A DNA stretch of 62,733 nucleotides, filler included, from Rhabdomonas costata (Eukaryota): the NCBI GenBank assembly GCA_019059605.1. It is 36 parts of 36 records of this genome, joined end to end, with 100 filler letters (N's around TTAATTAATTAA, not from the genome) between each part and the next. Parts side by side here need not be neighbours in the genome. Positions count along the whole stretch, not along the records: positions 1 to 1,643 come from JAHMHO010011378.1; positions 1,744 to 3,388 come from JAHMHO010011379.1; positions 3,489 to 5,132 come from JAHMHO010011380.1; positions 5,233 to 6,876 come from JAHMHO010011381.1; positions 6,977 to 8,621 come from JAHMHO010011382.1; positions 8,722 to 10,366 come from JAHMHO010011383.1; positions 10,467 to 12,111 come from JAHMHO010011384.1; 29 more parts are not named here. One strand, written 5' to 3'. A model generated the notes under the pieces. The model was not told the origin of the DNA, did not search any database, and saw only the letters and a program-made list of their open reading frames with translations. The position numbers were made by a program, and so were the translations under genes. The stretch's first letter is position 1. Each line of letters opens with the position of its first letter. Below are positions 1-12,018 of this stretch, piece by piece.

Positions 1-1643
1 GTCGAGAGTGATTTCTGAGATCTAGAGGGGGGAGGGGGGGTGAATTTTCCGGTCGCAGAGATTCGTCTCGGAACGCGCTTTTTGTGCTTCTCAGACTTCT
101 TACAGTTTATTCAGATTAAAACACCAGGAGCTTTTTATAGTCTACGAGGGAATTTTGTGGGGACCGTTAACCCACCATTTCGTTTGCTTTCGACCAGTTG
201 TTCTCAAAGGTACACTGAGTACTTACTGTTGGTGATGAGGCTTGTGTTTTATTTGAATCTTGCCCGAAATCCAAAAATAAAGGTGGCGTTGGGTGAGTTA
301 CTGTGATGCCGTCACGGTGCATATTTTCCACCCACACAGGATTTGTTGTTATTGCTTGGTTTGTGTTTGCGTGAGGGTGTTGTCTGGTGCCCTTGGGTGA
401 GTGAAGGGCTTGCGTCGTGAGATGGCGGGTCATCATGGAAGCTTGCAGCTGGAGTTCGCAAGCCACACCCAGACTCTGGCGGTGGGGCCGCACCGTCCCT
501 TTCGGGTCTTCGTCGACGAGGGGCGGTGGTGCAGCGGCTACGGCCAAGCCTTCTTTGTGAAAGTTCCCACCCGCGAGACGGGCCCTGCACCGCAGCAACG
601 GGGGAGGAGGAGCAGGAGCCCCGACTGGAGGAGGTGGATGTCCCTGGGATTCCCTGGAACCGCATCGACGAGGAAAACGGTGTGCTTGGGAGCGGAGGGG
701 ATATTGTCAAATTTTCGGGGAAGCTCGCGGGGCGTAATTTTCCCCAAGTGTATTTTACATAGTTCGTTGGGTGGGTTCACTGAATTCAGCAACCCACTCC
801 CTCGGGGTGCCCAATTCTTCTTCGTGCAGCTGGGCTGCGTTGCACAGGTAAAAAACGTGGTGGGCAGCAGCGGCGCATTTTTTCAGCTCCTTTCTGTTGT
901 CGAGAATGTCCGAAAAAGGCAAGAAATTGCCAGAGAAAGAAGAAGAGCGTCACAGGGGATGTTGCCCGACATGTGCAAGCACAAGAGGTACCCGAACTAA
1001 ATTGTAATCACTTCGATACATCATTTAAGCCCAAGCGTGCAAGACCACAATGACACAGGCAGCATTGTACTCTTGGCGCCAATGGCCCTGGGCGTATGTA
1101 TGTCACGAACCGTCTGTTTCACTCGGCAAGAAAGTGAACATTTTTTCACTGAATTGGGCATGTGAGGTTTTGAGCATTTTTCGTTGGGTCAACGACAGGG
1201 CAGCAGATTAGCAAAACTGATATTTTAATTTGCGGAACAGATATTTTCACCTGGTTTCATGGTACTGTCAGCTTCTTCTGGAGGAAGCCTGCTTTTTTGT
1301 GAAATTCATCAGACCAATACTACCAATGTAGTCTTAGCCACGGACGAGGGTCATCAGTTAAGCCCATCATCCATGAAGGGAAAACCACAGGACAGGAGAG
1401 GAGAGAGGACGAAAGGATTAACACAGAATTCACTGAAAACATTCAATGTGCAACCACCCACAACTAAAACCCCTCAAAGTCACCACCACCACTTTCACAC
1501 GGCCCCTGGCTGCTCTTCGTCGTTCCGGTCGTTTCGTCGTTTCCTTCTGCTGTGACACCCAGGGTATAGGGACCAGACAGCATCGATCCCCTGGATCCCA
1601 AGAGGTGGCACCACATTACAGGGAGGCCACAAACCCCACAACC

Positions 1644-1743
1644 NNNNNNNNNNNNNNNNNNNNNNNNNNNNNNNNNNNNNNNNNNNNTTAATTAATTAAN
1701 NNNNNNNNNNNNNNNNNNNNNNNNNNNNNNNNNNNNNNNNNNN
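1644..1743. other. Artificial contig linker (44 N + TTAATTAATTAA + 44 N), first of 35 identical linkers spaced about every 1.74 kb
   Basis: The same 100-nt structure recurs at 1644, 3389, 5133, 6877, 8622 and so on to 60991. TTAATTAATTAA gives stops in all six frames. Flanking contigs have near-identical lengths (size-sorted) and unrelated content. Confidence 0.98.
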
Positions 1744-4700
1744 AATGTTAACGAAGAGGGAGATGGGATTGGGGTTTGCGTTGCGGCAGGTGTTTGGGAC
1801 GATAGACTTAGTGAAGCCCCCCCCTGATCACATTTCCTTTCGTTTGGTACACAACACCATAAATCATCCATTTCAAACCCATGCTTATAGGCGTGCAAGT
1901 GTTCATGGAGCAGAGCAGTATGAAGGTTGGATCGAGCTAGCTCAAGCTGCGAATGTTGATCACTGGTAGAATTCAGTCTCTCTGCTGTAATTCCCTTTCA
2001 GCAGTATGGGCATCTCACGCTCGGCTCTCAGCGCTCGCTGCCGACTTTGCAGAGAACGGAAGCACAATCGCCATTACTCGCACTCCTGTTACTATTGCAG
2101 AGTTGCGTAAGAAGACTGTGGAGGAGTTGCGCCGGCTTCAGGACTGGCAGCAGGACGTCCTGCAGCAGTGCGTGCGGGGAGCCCGTGCCGTTGCCACCCT
2201 CCCTCGGAAAAGCCTCCCCGAGGCCCTTTGTGGGCGGCTGCACCGCATCTGCGCGCTGTGCCCAGAGTTCTTTGGCACCCTTCCGGAGTCGGTGTGCGCG
2301 CGATACACGGCTGATACTGATGCCGTTGCCAATAGGAGGGGCGTTTCTCTATGTTAATTTAAATGTTTTAATCTACCCCTGACCAGGTGTTGCCCACCTC
2401 CCACCTCGAACCTCTAACCTGGAATCTGGCTGCGCCTTCTGATTCCGTGCTTGTCTTCCATTGTACTGTTGGGTATCGTGTAACGACACCCTGCGAATGT
2501 TCTGTAGCACTCAGTCCTCTGGGGAGGGAGGTTCTCGGAAGAGGGGGAATTTGAATGATGGCAGGGGTGCTTGGCCCAGTTGGCCCAAGCAGTGCGTGGG
2601 GTGTAGATATTTTTGGTCACCTTGGAAACCGAAGTTCCCATACTTCACCAGCATTTCTTGAAGCACGTACTTTCTGATGTGAAGATTTTTCAGCCAGCAT
2701 GAAGCTATCTCCTCAGCGAACTCCTCAGTCCCAGTTTGGTGACACTTTGCAGTTTTCTGTACCCTGCACTGAACCGTTGAATAACAGCTGGTGAGGTACC
2801 GATCAGGTTGGGAAGCCTGCATTAGGTTACGTGATATGATATCCCCGGGTCGGGATGGGAGGAGGGGGTGCTTTTCGGTCCAGGATGGGGGCTTGTGACT
2901 CAAGGAAGCTCCATGTCCCCCCCCCCTCAAATCAGATTTCACACATCTTTCACAATAAATAAATAAAGTTCGTGTTGCTTGGTATGTTAATCGTCATGAC
3001 CGACGAAGAAAATCAGTAACTGGGGAACTGGCTCTATCGTGAGGTTCGTTTTTCCCCTGTCTCTGTGAGAAGTGCACTGCCGTATGGGAGGGCTTAGACA
3101 TCAGACGGCTTACCCGTTAACACGCGGGAAATTAGTCAATGTCTGCTCTGCCCTCTGTGCTCTCAGAGTTTCTTGGCTACTTTGGGGACCTCCGAGGAGG
3201 TCAGCAGCGGCGAGGAGTCCGACAGTGCCGCCCTGGAAACGCTCCGGCCCACCGCTCTGACGTCCTCAGCCCCCAACCTGACCCACACCGCCGCCGCTCC
3301 GGCTGGCATGCGCTCGCCAACCCCCGGCCCGGTCAGCTCCATTGCCTCGTCCGGCCTGCACACCCCGGGCCGTCCAACCACCAACAACNNNNNNNNNNNN
3401 NNNNNNNNNNNNNNNNNNNNNNNNNNNNNNNNTTAATTAATTAANNNNNNNNNNNNNNNNNNNNNNNNNNNNNNNNNNNNNNNNNNNNGGTGGTTGGTGT
3501 CCATTGGGAAACTCGTAACATACTTGAGTGTGGGCAAATAACCTTGTCTGTTACCTTTGTCAAGACGGAAACAACTTGTCCTCACTTGCCATCAGCAGCT
3601 GCGGTCCCATCGGACGTCAACCAGTGTGGACTGGTGTGTGCATGAACTCCTATTTTTGTCGGTCTGGGGGGTCTTCCATATATCCTCTTGTGCGAGCCTC
3701 CGGACCTGCATCAGTTTTGATGCAGTGGGGGAGAGGGATAGGACCTCTTACTTCGGCTCAAATGTTCACCCCGGACCGGAGGTGCTGGCACGGGGCATCA
3801 CCATTAGAGCTAGACTTGGCAGGTACTGCTACGGTGAATTTACCGACAGATATTTTCAGTGCGCGATTATATCTCTGGGTGTTTCAAGGTTTTATTTAAA
3901 GCCTCTTCAAAGGCCTTTTCGTCATTAGCGGCAGGGACTGGTTGACCACTCTTCGGACCATTGCGGGAATGCAAAACTGAGCCTGCCCTTCAGCATGGGC
4001 TTTTTTCCGGGGCATAGAGTGGCACCGGATTTGACCGGAAGGTTCTCGTTTGTTAATCTGAAACATTAATTTGAAGCCTTTTCGGACCGTTTTGGATGCT
4101 TGCAAAGCCTTTCTGGCCTTGCTGGCGAGACAAACAGAGAAATTGATGTGCCCCATTTCGTTTTCAATGCGAGGGGACTTCCCTTGTGCAGGTTTAAAGA
4201 AAGCAATCATGGCTTTTTGAAAGGCTATCTGTGGTGGTTTTTACGTTTGTTACATTAGCATTCCACAAAAAAGCACAGGGTTAAGTGCTTCTCCGTTTTC
4301 GGTGACTTTCGGTAAAGCCAGGTGGGATACCAATTATATCCCTCGTTTTACCCCCTTTCAGGTCACGAGGAAGTTGTAAGCACTTTTCCAAAAAGCATCC
4401 TTGGGTGGGTGTGACAAATCAACCATCGCCCATAAATCGCATTGCCTTAATCGACACAGGTTATATGCCGGCAAAGCCCACGACCCACCACTCCAGTGGC
4501 GGCAAGCACGGGCCATCCCCACCGAAGCGGCACTCTGCCGACTACTCTCACCCCCACAAGCCCTCAGCCCTACTGCCGCCCGAGGACTTTTCTCGGGTTT
4601 CCTCCGCAGAGGGACCCGCCCGTGGGCTGGCCAGGGGAGGCCACCCCTCCGAGCGCTCTCCCTCCCCCGACTCCGCCCCTGTCTGGGGCTCCCCAGGGAC

Positions 4701-6983
4701 CAGGCACGGCGCTCCCGTACCCCCGGGGGCATCGGGATCCTCCTGCGGTCCTGCAGCTGTCGTGTGGAAGTCCCCTCCCACGGGTGTGGGCTCTTTCCAG
4801 GTTCGCGTCTCCACTTCCCCCACCTCCCAAACCAGAGGATTGAGGGCACCCGTTGGTTTCGATGATATTCCATAGTACAACCCCTTCCGAAGCTGGCACA
4901 CAGTATACGGCCTTTCCCACGACCGGAAGTTGCGGGGTGACCCCCACACACACGGTTGTGGGGTGGATGTGGGCTGGAAGGGTCCTTTTTCGCCTTTAAG
5001 ATAAACCAATTTTCGGTCTTTTAATATGATTTATGATGAAAATCCACTGTGGTGGTTTCAAATACATCATATTAAAAGACCGAAAATTGGTTTATGTTAA
5101 AGGCGAAAAAGGACCCTTCCAGCCCACCAACCNNNNNNNNNNNNNNNNNNNNNNNNNNNNNNNNNNNNNNNNNNNNTTAATTAATTAANNNNNNNNNNNN
5201 NNNNNNNNNNNNNNNNNNNNNNNNNNNNNNNNGTGGGGTGGTGGGGGAGGGCGTTGAACGTTTTGCAGCTCTAAACGCAGCATCGCTAAACCATGGAGTC
5301 AATCCATGCCCAATGAAATCTGTGCCGCTGCTCTGAGCTTGTAATTGCATTGTGTCCATCGCTCAGGGTACTCACATGCCTGTTCCCTATTCCTTGGTGC
5401 TTTTTTGAAGAGGAAGGGTCCTCCGCTACTCTCGCCGGCTCAGGTTCAGTGCGCCGAAAGTTTCGCCGACGGCATCCTCCCCGTCTTCGTCCTCTTCCTG
5501 CAGCCGCAGCTGCTCGGGGGAATCCGGGCCTCTGCCCAGTGCCACCCCCCCTGCCCTTCCGCCAGCCCTCAGCGAGCCCCTGCGGCGGCAGATGTGGGCT
5601 TTCCAGCAAAGAGAGGTTCTCCCTTCATCTGCATCTTTCCTATTTTACGTGGGCTGGGAAAGGGCCCTTTGGGACCTTCTCAGACCTGTGTATTCTGATC
5701 TCCAGCATGCTTCTTCATTACATTATGACCTGTCTGGCCTGTTGCCGTTGTAATCATGAGGGTCAGTGAGAGGACGGGGGTTACTCAGGCGGCTCGCCAG
5801 TCCTCAGGCCCTGGAAGGCCCACAAATGCAAAGGGGGCCCAGCGGGCAGGTGTTGCCCAGCGCGGCCCCAGCGGCCCCCAGAAACTCCGGGGGATGCATC
5901 CACCTTCTCGACCCGAGCGGGAGGGAGGGGGTGGCGCCCCGCTAAAGGTGACACCCGCACAACCGAACTATGGCCGCAGGCCAGGCTCTGCCCCGCCGGC
6001 AGTCCGCTCAGGTACATTGTGCGGGTTTGGGAGTTCTACAAAAAGAGGAAGGGGGGGGCTCTCCGGAACTCGAGAATGGGATATTCAGGGGGCTGCTGCC
6101 CTGCTGGGCTGTCTCATTTTCAAGCTCAGTTCATTGAGCACGCTGAGGAGGGTGGGTTTGACTGCCCACGCGATTATTCAGTTTCTTAGGCAGGCTGGTC
6201 TCATGGTCTGATGGTCGTGGTAGGATCCCTGTCAACAGGCTGTCAAAAAACCGTCGAGCCAATGTCGCCTTCACAATACTGCGCCTAGTTACCGTATTAT
6301 TGAATTTAAAAACCGAAGAAACGTATGTAAGAAATTTGGGCACGAAAAACTCGTTGTTGTTTGAACACTTCAAGGACGTGCCGTGCGCAGTGTTGTTGCT
6401 CCACTGATTCTCGAGACAGGAGAGAAATCGATGACGGTTGGGGGTGGGGAGGTCGATAGATAACGTCCTCAAATCTGCTGCTACAATTTATGCAAATGCT
6501 TATGGAACTGCAGAGGATTGCAGAGTTCCTGGAGTGGGTGGTTGCTCAACTTCACGGGGACAAAAGGAAGTGGTGGGGTTTTGCGACCGGCAGGAATCCG
6601 TAAGGACGCTGCTGTGGCCGCAGCTGATTCCCTACGGTGGTCATGGGGAGACCAGCCTCCCCCCACCTATCCCAATGACGCCCTCCCTCGGAGCAGCGCT
6701 TCCCCTGCTGTGCAGGCCGCTGCAGGGGAGCCAGGGCTGAGGAGCCCCACCAGTCTAACTTCTTCGCTGAAGCGCGGGTTTCCTGAGGTTCCCTTGCGCA
6801 TGTTTTGCTGCACACGCACATGTGGGACGAATTTAGTGATGAAGACCAACGCTGAACGCGCTCCCTCACCAAAAAANNNNNNNNNNNNNNNNNNNNNNNN
6901 NNNNNNNNNNNNNNNNNNNNTTAATTAATTAANNNNNNNNNNNNNNNNNNNNNNNNNNNNNNNNNNNNNNNNNNNNGTTGTAG

Positions 6984-8102
6984 AAGGATTCCCAGGGGCG
7001 GTATTTGGTTGAGCTCAAGGCGCCCCAGGTCCAGCCTGTGATGAAGCTGGCAGACAGCGAGGTGTGTGTTGGTGTGACACTCGTCTTGAAATGGTTGCCT
7101 GATGCTTGATAGCTCAGGCGGTCCTAACCAGGGAGCACCAGAGTTATCAGCTGAGTTTCAGTCGAACAAGTTTGTTTCTAAATAAATCAGCCAATAATGA
7201 AGCTGTTTTCGTCCAGAAAGTCGTCCAGAACGTCCGGAATATAACCAAGTGGCTAGATAACTTGGGCGGTTACCTCGTACAAGATTTTTTTGGGGTCTTT
7301 TTCCTGCGACTCGTAGTTTTGACTTGATGTACCACTGGTGGTCGTGAAACGCAGCAGAGCAGTGCGCTTGGGAAAGCCCTTGAAGGGGATGTGCAGCTTC
7401 CAAGACTTCAGACTGCGGGACTCTCTTCCTCCCTGCGCTTTTGTGACTGGGACATCATCTCTCTCGCCCTTGGAGCCTGGACCTCAAAGTGTTCGCCCTG
7501 TTTTCTGTCGATTTTCCGCACAGGAAACTCGCTTCCGGCTTCAGAAGGCGCTTCACTCGAAGTGCATGCAGACCAACGGTCCTCTCATGGAAGAACTCTT
7601 GGCGTTGAGGCACACCACAGCCCTCGCACTGGGTCCGCCCTATGCCCATCTTCCCGCTCCACTCCTTCTTGACGTTGGACAGATGAGCGCGCCCGTCCCT
7701 GCTGCTGTGTTGTTTCAGTTTCACTTAGAGTTCATGGAGCATTCCCTTGCCAGGATCTCCCTCCTGTGTGGCATGAGTATTTTCTTACAAGGCTGACAAT
7801 GCTCCGGATGAGTCTTTTGTGTGGATGCGAGAATAGAGTATTTGTGTTTTCTGCGAGAATGTGAACCCTGAAGTACCCTTTGTTTGGCAGGGTTTCCCTC
7901 TCACTCCCACTTCATGATGGTGCCGAAGATGGCGAAGACCCCTGAGGCCGTGAACGCCTTCTTGGCCGACCTCCACCAGGGCCTGAAGCCCAGGATGGAC
8001 AATGACGTGGCCCAGATGTTGCAGCTAAAGAAGGAGCACTTTGCCGCGTCGCAGAAGCCCTTTGAGTGGAAGCTTAACCACTGGGAGGTGGCCTACTACT
8101 CG
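6984..8102 (+). CDS. Thimet oligopeptidase / neurolysin (peptidase M3A), internal fragment, 3 exons
   Basis: Exons 6984-7061, 7524-7632 and 7891-8102 join through GT-AG introns in frame. They give KDSQGRYLVELKAPQVQPVMKLADSE|ETRFRLQKALHSKCMQTNGPLMEELLALRHTTALALG|FPSHSHFMMVPKMAKTPEAVNAFLADLHQGLKP...LNHWEVAYYS, which matches the M3A pattern LG(Y/F)xxHA..MAKT..V..FL..L...LKP..W(D/E)..YY. Confidence 0.88.
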
Positions 8103-10466
8103 GTACTGCTGCTTTGTGTGCTTTGGCAGGCTGCGTCCGTTCAAAGGTGCTTTGCTGGTATTATGTGTATCTGATTCGAGTGGAGGTGCAATGATGCATT
8201 CATTTTCGTCACGCCACTACCTCAACGACACCCCAGTCCAGTTTTTCGGCGCTTGATTTGCGGTGGCGAAGGATGCAGCTGCTGGGTGAAGACTGGTTGC
8301 ACGTGCACCAGTGTTATTGCTCATTCATTTGTTTGAGGGATGCAATCCTTCTCCGTTCCGGTCTGCACATATTTTTCGCTTTTTCAGATTCTTTGACAAT
8401 TTTGTCTTCTCTGTTATCGAAATATCTTTGCTTTTTGTAACGGTGCTTCTTGCTACCGCCCCGTTGTTTTTGTGTATTGTGTGAGTTTAACGATTGTAGC
8501 GGGGATGTGGCGTCTGGGTGATCTGTGTATTTGTTGCTCTGTGCGCCGAAAAACTGGACTGGGGTGTCGTTGAGGTAGTGGCGTGACGAAAATGAATGCA
8601 TCATTGCACCTCCACCCAACANNNNNNNNNNNNNNNNNNNNNNNNNNNNNNNNNNNNNNNNNNNNTTAATTAATTAANNNNNNNNNNNNNNNNNNNNNNN
8701 NNNNNNNNNNNNNNNNNNNNNGGGCTGGACTACAGGTCTTTCTTTTGTTGCACCTTTCTGATGGCGCCTGGGAAAATTGTCGGAGTCGCTCCGAATTTTG
8801 TACAAATTTGTTGGAAGCTGTCCCTGAAATTTGATGCGTTCAGCGAAGACTTCTGTTAAATGAGCTCAGGAGGCTGTCAAATAATACGCTACCGTATTTT
8901 TTAATGGATCGTTTTAACAATGGAATAGCTCCGGAATTTTTGTGACGAAAATTGACGGATCATGAAAATGGATCTAGGAGAGCCACTTCCGGACCAGTAA
9001 AAGAAAATCCCCTTCCTTTTTTATTCCTTTTTAGATGGAAAAACATTAGTTTGCTTCGCAAACTTTTGTTTCGCCACAAAAGAAGACAGGAACAGACGCT
9101 CGTCTCATAACCAGACGAGTGTCTGGTTATGAGGGGGCCCAGAGGCCCAAGAGGAAAGTGGCGAAATAACTTTGACGCTCATCCACTGATCCATTAAATG
9201 TACTGATCCAGCGAGAATACTTTTACTGTAAACATTTGCTTCTTCTATTTGGTTTGGGTCTAGTTTTACCTCAACAAGAATATAAACACTTCTTCTTGGA
9301 AGTTGCTCATCAATCTGGTGCGACTCGACATAATTCAGGCTCTCGATAATTCGCCTCACCGGATACTTTAGCCGTACTCACTGCCAGGGGGCACCACAGC
9401 TACCACAAGTCCGGAAACCCCTGGCCCCACTTATCGGCTTGAACCCTTGCTAGCATCCACTGAGTGGATTTGTGAACTCTCTCGCAGTGAACCGTCAGTC
9501 ACTCTTTGCCAGCAAATCTTGGCCAACACGATTGATAAGCAGCTGCACTCCTGCTTTGAGTTTGCGCTATGTGACATACTGAGCGGGCTTCCTCCTCGGA
9601 AATTCGACGTGATTCACGACAAAGGTGCCTGATTTCGTTTGGCTTGTGTGTTTTCAATGAGTTAATTTTGCAGCGACTGCTGACAGTTTTTGTGCAATTG
9701 AAATTGGGCTCCAATAGAATTTCGCCCGAGTGTTTTTCGAAGTTAGTCAGAAAACCATAACTTTTTATCCACTTGTTCAATGCTTCTTTGCAGATTGATC
9801 AGGTTGGATAGGGCTGTATTGGAATATGAACTGAATTCCATTAACCTTTGAGCGTCACCACGTTGAACTTTTGTGAGCTTCAACGGGGAAAGGGCATTCA
9901 GCATCGGTAGCCTTCGCCCGAAAAGGAAGTCCCCCATCGAATTGACCTCCCTTATACTAGCGGCTGCCTGTAGGTTGCACAGGAACCCTGAGAAATGTGA
10001 AGTTCTCCAGCAGCTTCCCGAGTTTTGCGCAGCGGGCGCATCTTCACCTACAGGCAACCCTCAATAGACGGCGGGTTACAGACGTTCTGCTGCACTTCAG
10101 CAGAAACTCCAGAAATTGTGGCAGCTGTGACTCCAAAAATAGACACTCGACAACAGTGTATTCGACCCATCCCGACCCTTCCCGGCTACCCGTGGACAAG
10201 GGCCTGTATCAAGGTGCATGTTGGAGACGAGAACAACGCCGTGGCATACCGTGGCATAAGAGAAAATCAGACAAATTTAAGACGCCGTTCTTCGAAATTA
10301 AGACACTGTCCGAAAAGTATAAGACTTGCTTTGGACTTGCTTTCTTGGGTTCTCAGCACCAACCACNNNNNNNNNNNNNNNNNNNNNNNNNNNNNNNNNN
10401 NNNNNNNNNNTTAATTAATTAANNNNNNNNNNNNNNNNNNNNNNNNNNNNNNNNNNNNNNNNNNNN

Positions 10467-10894
10467 TTGTTTGGGTAAGATCAGTGAAGTCAGCCCGTCC
10501 AGCTGGTAGAAGTCCGCCTCCACCAATAAGCGGAGGCAGAACTCCGTGTAGTCGGCCTCTGTTGTGAGTCGGGCGGTAATCTGGGCGGGGGTTAGGCTTT
10601 TTTGGGTGAGATACTGCAGCACGACCTCAAAGCACTCCTCGTCCCGGTCTGGAAGCAGGATGTTACCACCCGCATCGTAGTCCAGAGTGCTAAGAAAAAA
10701 TGAGAAAAGCAGAAAACGGAATGGAAATCAGCGCAATTGTACTGGAAAGGTAAAATGCAACAGGAAGGAGCGACGTACTGTTGCCCACTAAGAAGGGGCC
10801 GGAAGTAGCTGTTCTGCACGACCGACTCGTCAGAAAACACGCCGGAAGAGACGCAGACCACCTTCTTGCCAACAACGAAGCACACTGTATCCAT
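10467..10894 (-). CDS. BTB/POZ (KCTD / potassium-channel tetramerisation type) domain protein, N-terminal part, 2 exons
   Basis: ATG at 10894. Exons 10894-10779 and 10689-10467 (GT-AG) give MDTVCFVVGKKVV...NSYFRPLLSGQH|TLDYDAGGNILLPDRDEECFEVVLQYL...LLVEADFYQLDGL, with the typical SYF, DRD..F..IL.YL and EADFYQL motifs. Confidence 0.8.
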
Positions 10895-10950
10895 TGTCGG
10901 ACAACAAAGGAAAATCTGAAAATCTGAAAACCTGAAAATGAAACGTTTTG
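10895..10950 (-). promoter_or_regulatory. Polypyrimidine tract with tandem TTTTCAG acceptors upstream of the BTB start codon (possible trans-splice or 5'UTR acceptor)
   Basis: The minus strand reads TTTCATTTTCAGGTTTTCAGATTTTCAGATTTTCCTTTGTTGTCCGACA-ATG, with three TTTTCAG copies. A trans-splicing role is inferred. Confidence 0.35.
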
Positions 10951-11940
10951 GAAAAAAGACAACCAACGCAAATTGGTGGCTTCGTCGAGGCGGTCCAAGA
11001 GGCGCGCATGGTATTACACGTTCCGTTTTACAAACCAAAGCACATTTCATATCCATTTCTGAAGGATTCTTGCAATCACCAAAACGAAGCCACGTCTGGT
11101 GGTCAGCATCCAGGTTCAACAGGACACAAATCAAAAATGTTATTCGCATTCGCAACCGCTACAACAAAAACCACAGTTCGCAGTTAGGATGGCAATACAT
11201 TTGAGGTAAGCTGAAAAGCACGTGAAAGCGAAAGTTAGCCCGAGATTCCCCTCACACTCCGGCCGTGATCTATTTAAAGGGAACCATCCCATGAGACAAA
11301 ATCAAGCGGGCGTTCGGTCAGAACAGGGACACGGAAGTCAACATGCAGGCACAGTCACGAACAACTAAGACGAGCCGACAGAGCCAGTTTTGGGAGCTGA
11401 TCGAGCCCATGCGATCTCGCAATTCCCGGATACGTCACAGCCCCTGAGGCAGTGAAAGTTAAAACAAAGTTTGATGACATTAATGGTGAGCAAACAAAAG
11501 TCTGCTACGCTAGATATTTGCTTAGGCCCAACATGCAACACACAGAACCGTGAATAACGTCCAATCACCATAAAACAAACATGGAAACCTCTCAAATAAT
11601 TAACCCGGCTTTTCGGCAGCTGGGCAAACCGTGGCAATCAAGTCACCAACGCAAATGCACAAAAAAAAGACAAGCAGGCACAACACTTTCACCGAATAAC
11701 CGGCCCCCCAATCCAGTCCGACCTGTACAGCTAGCTTTTCCTTTCTGGAAATGTATTTATCCAAGAATATTTCATTCGAAGTAGGGTAGGATCTTATAGC
11801 AGCAGCGATTCTCTCGATATTCTTTTCACAGCAGGGTTACAAGGTGACACCACAGTAAGACACAGCCTCAGTTCCTCCGCGTAACCTGCACAGACTGCAA
11901 CCTGAGCATCATGCTAAGTGAGCCTTCCTATTACATACCG

Positions 11941-12018
11941 TCACGAGTCCCTGGACTCCGGCTGGGCCGACTGGGGCCTCGCCTCCACCTGCTTTTCATA
12001 CTTCTTGTCATTCAGAAG
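11941..12018 (-). CDS. Probable terminal exon of an unknown gene
   Basis: A pyrimidine-rich CAG acceptor is followed by LLNDKKYEKQVEARPQSAQPESRDS-stop with GC3-rich codons. Confidence 0.35.
   Translation of the reverse strand, partial: LLNDKKYEKQVEARPQSAQPESRDS

Noticed and set aside
1688-1699. TTAATTAATTAA recurring about every 1744 bp, resembling a regularly spaced array or CRISPR-like periodicity
   Set aside because: It is always embedded in 44+44 N. It is a concatenation linker, and the periodicity comes from size-sorted contigs.
4358-5009. Six overlapping ORFs on both strands
   Set aside because: This is a GC-rich stretch depleted of stops. At most one minus-strand exon of unknown function is present and no family is recognisable.
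6235-6350. Patchy similarity to 8870-8950 (AGGCTGTCAAA, TACCGTATT, ACGAAAA)
   Set aside because: The anchors are too short to call a repeat family by eye.
9105-10366. Chain of medium-length ORFs possibly from a decayed transposon
   Set aside because: No RT, integrase, transposase or other motif could be identified.
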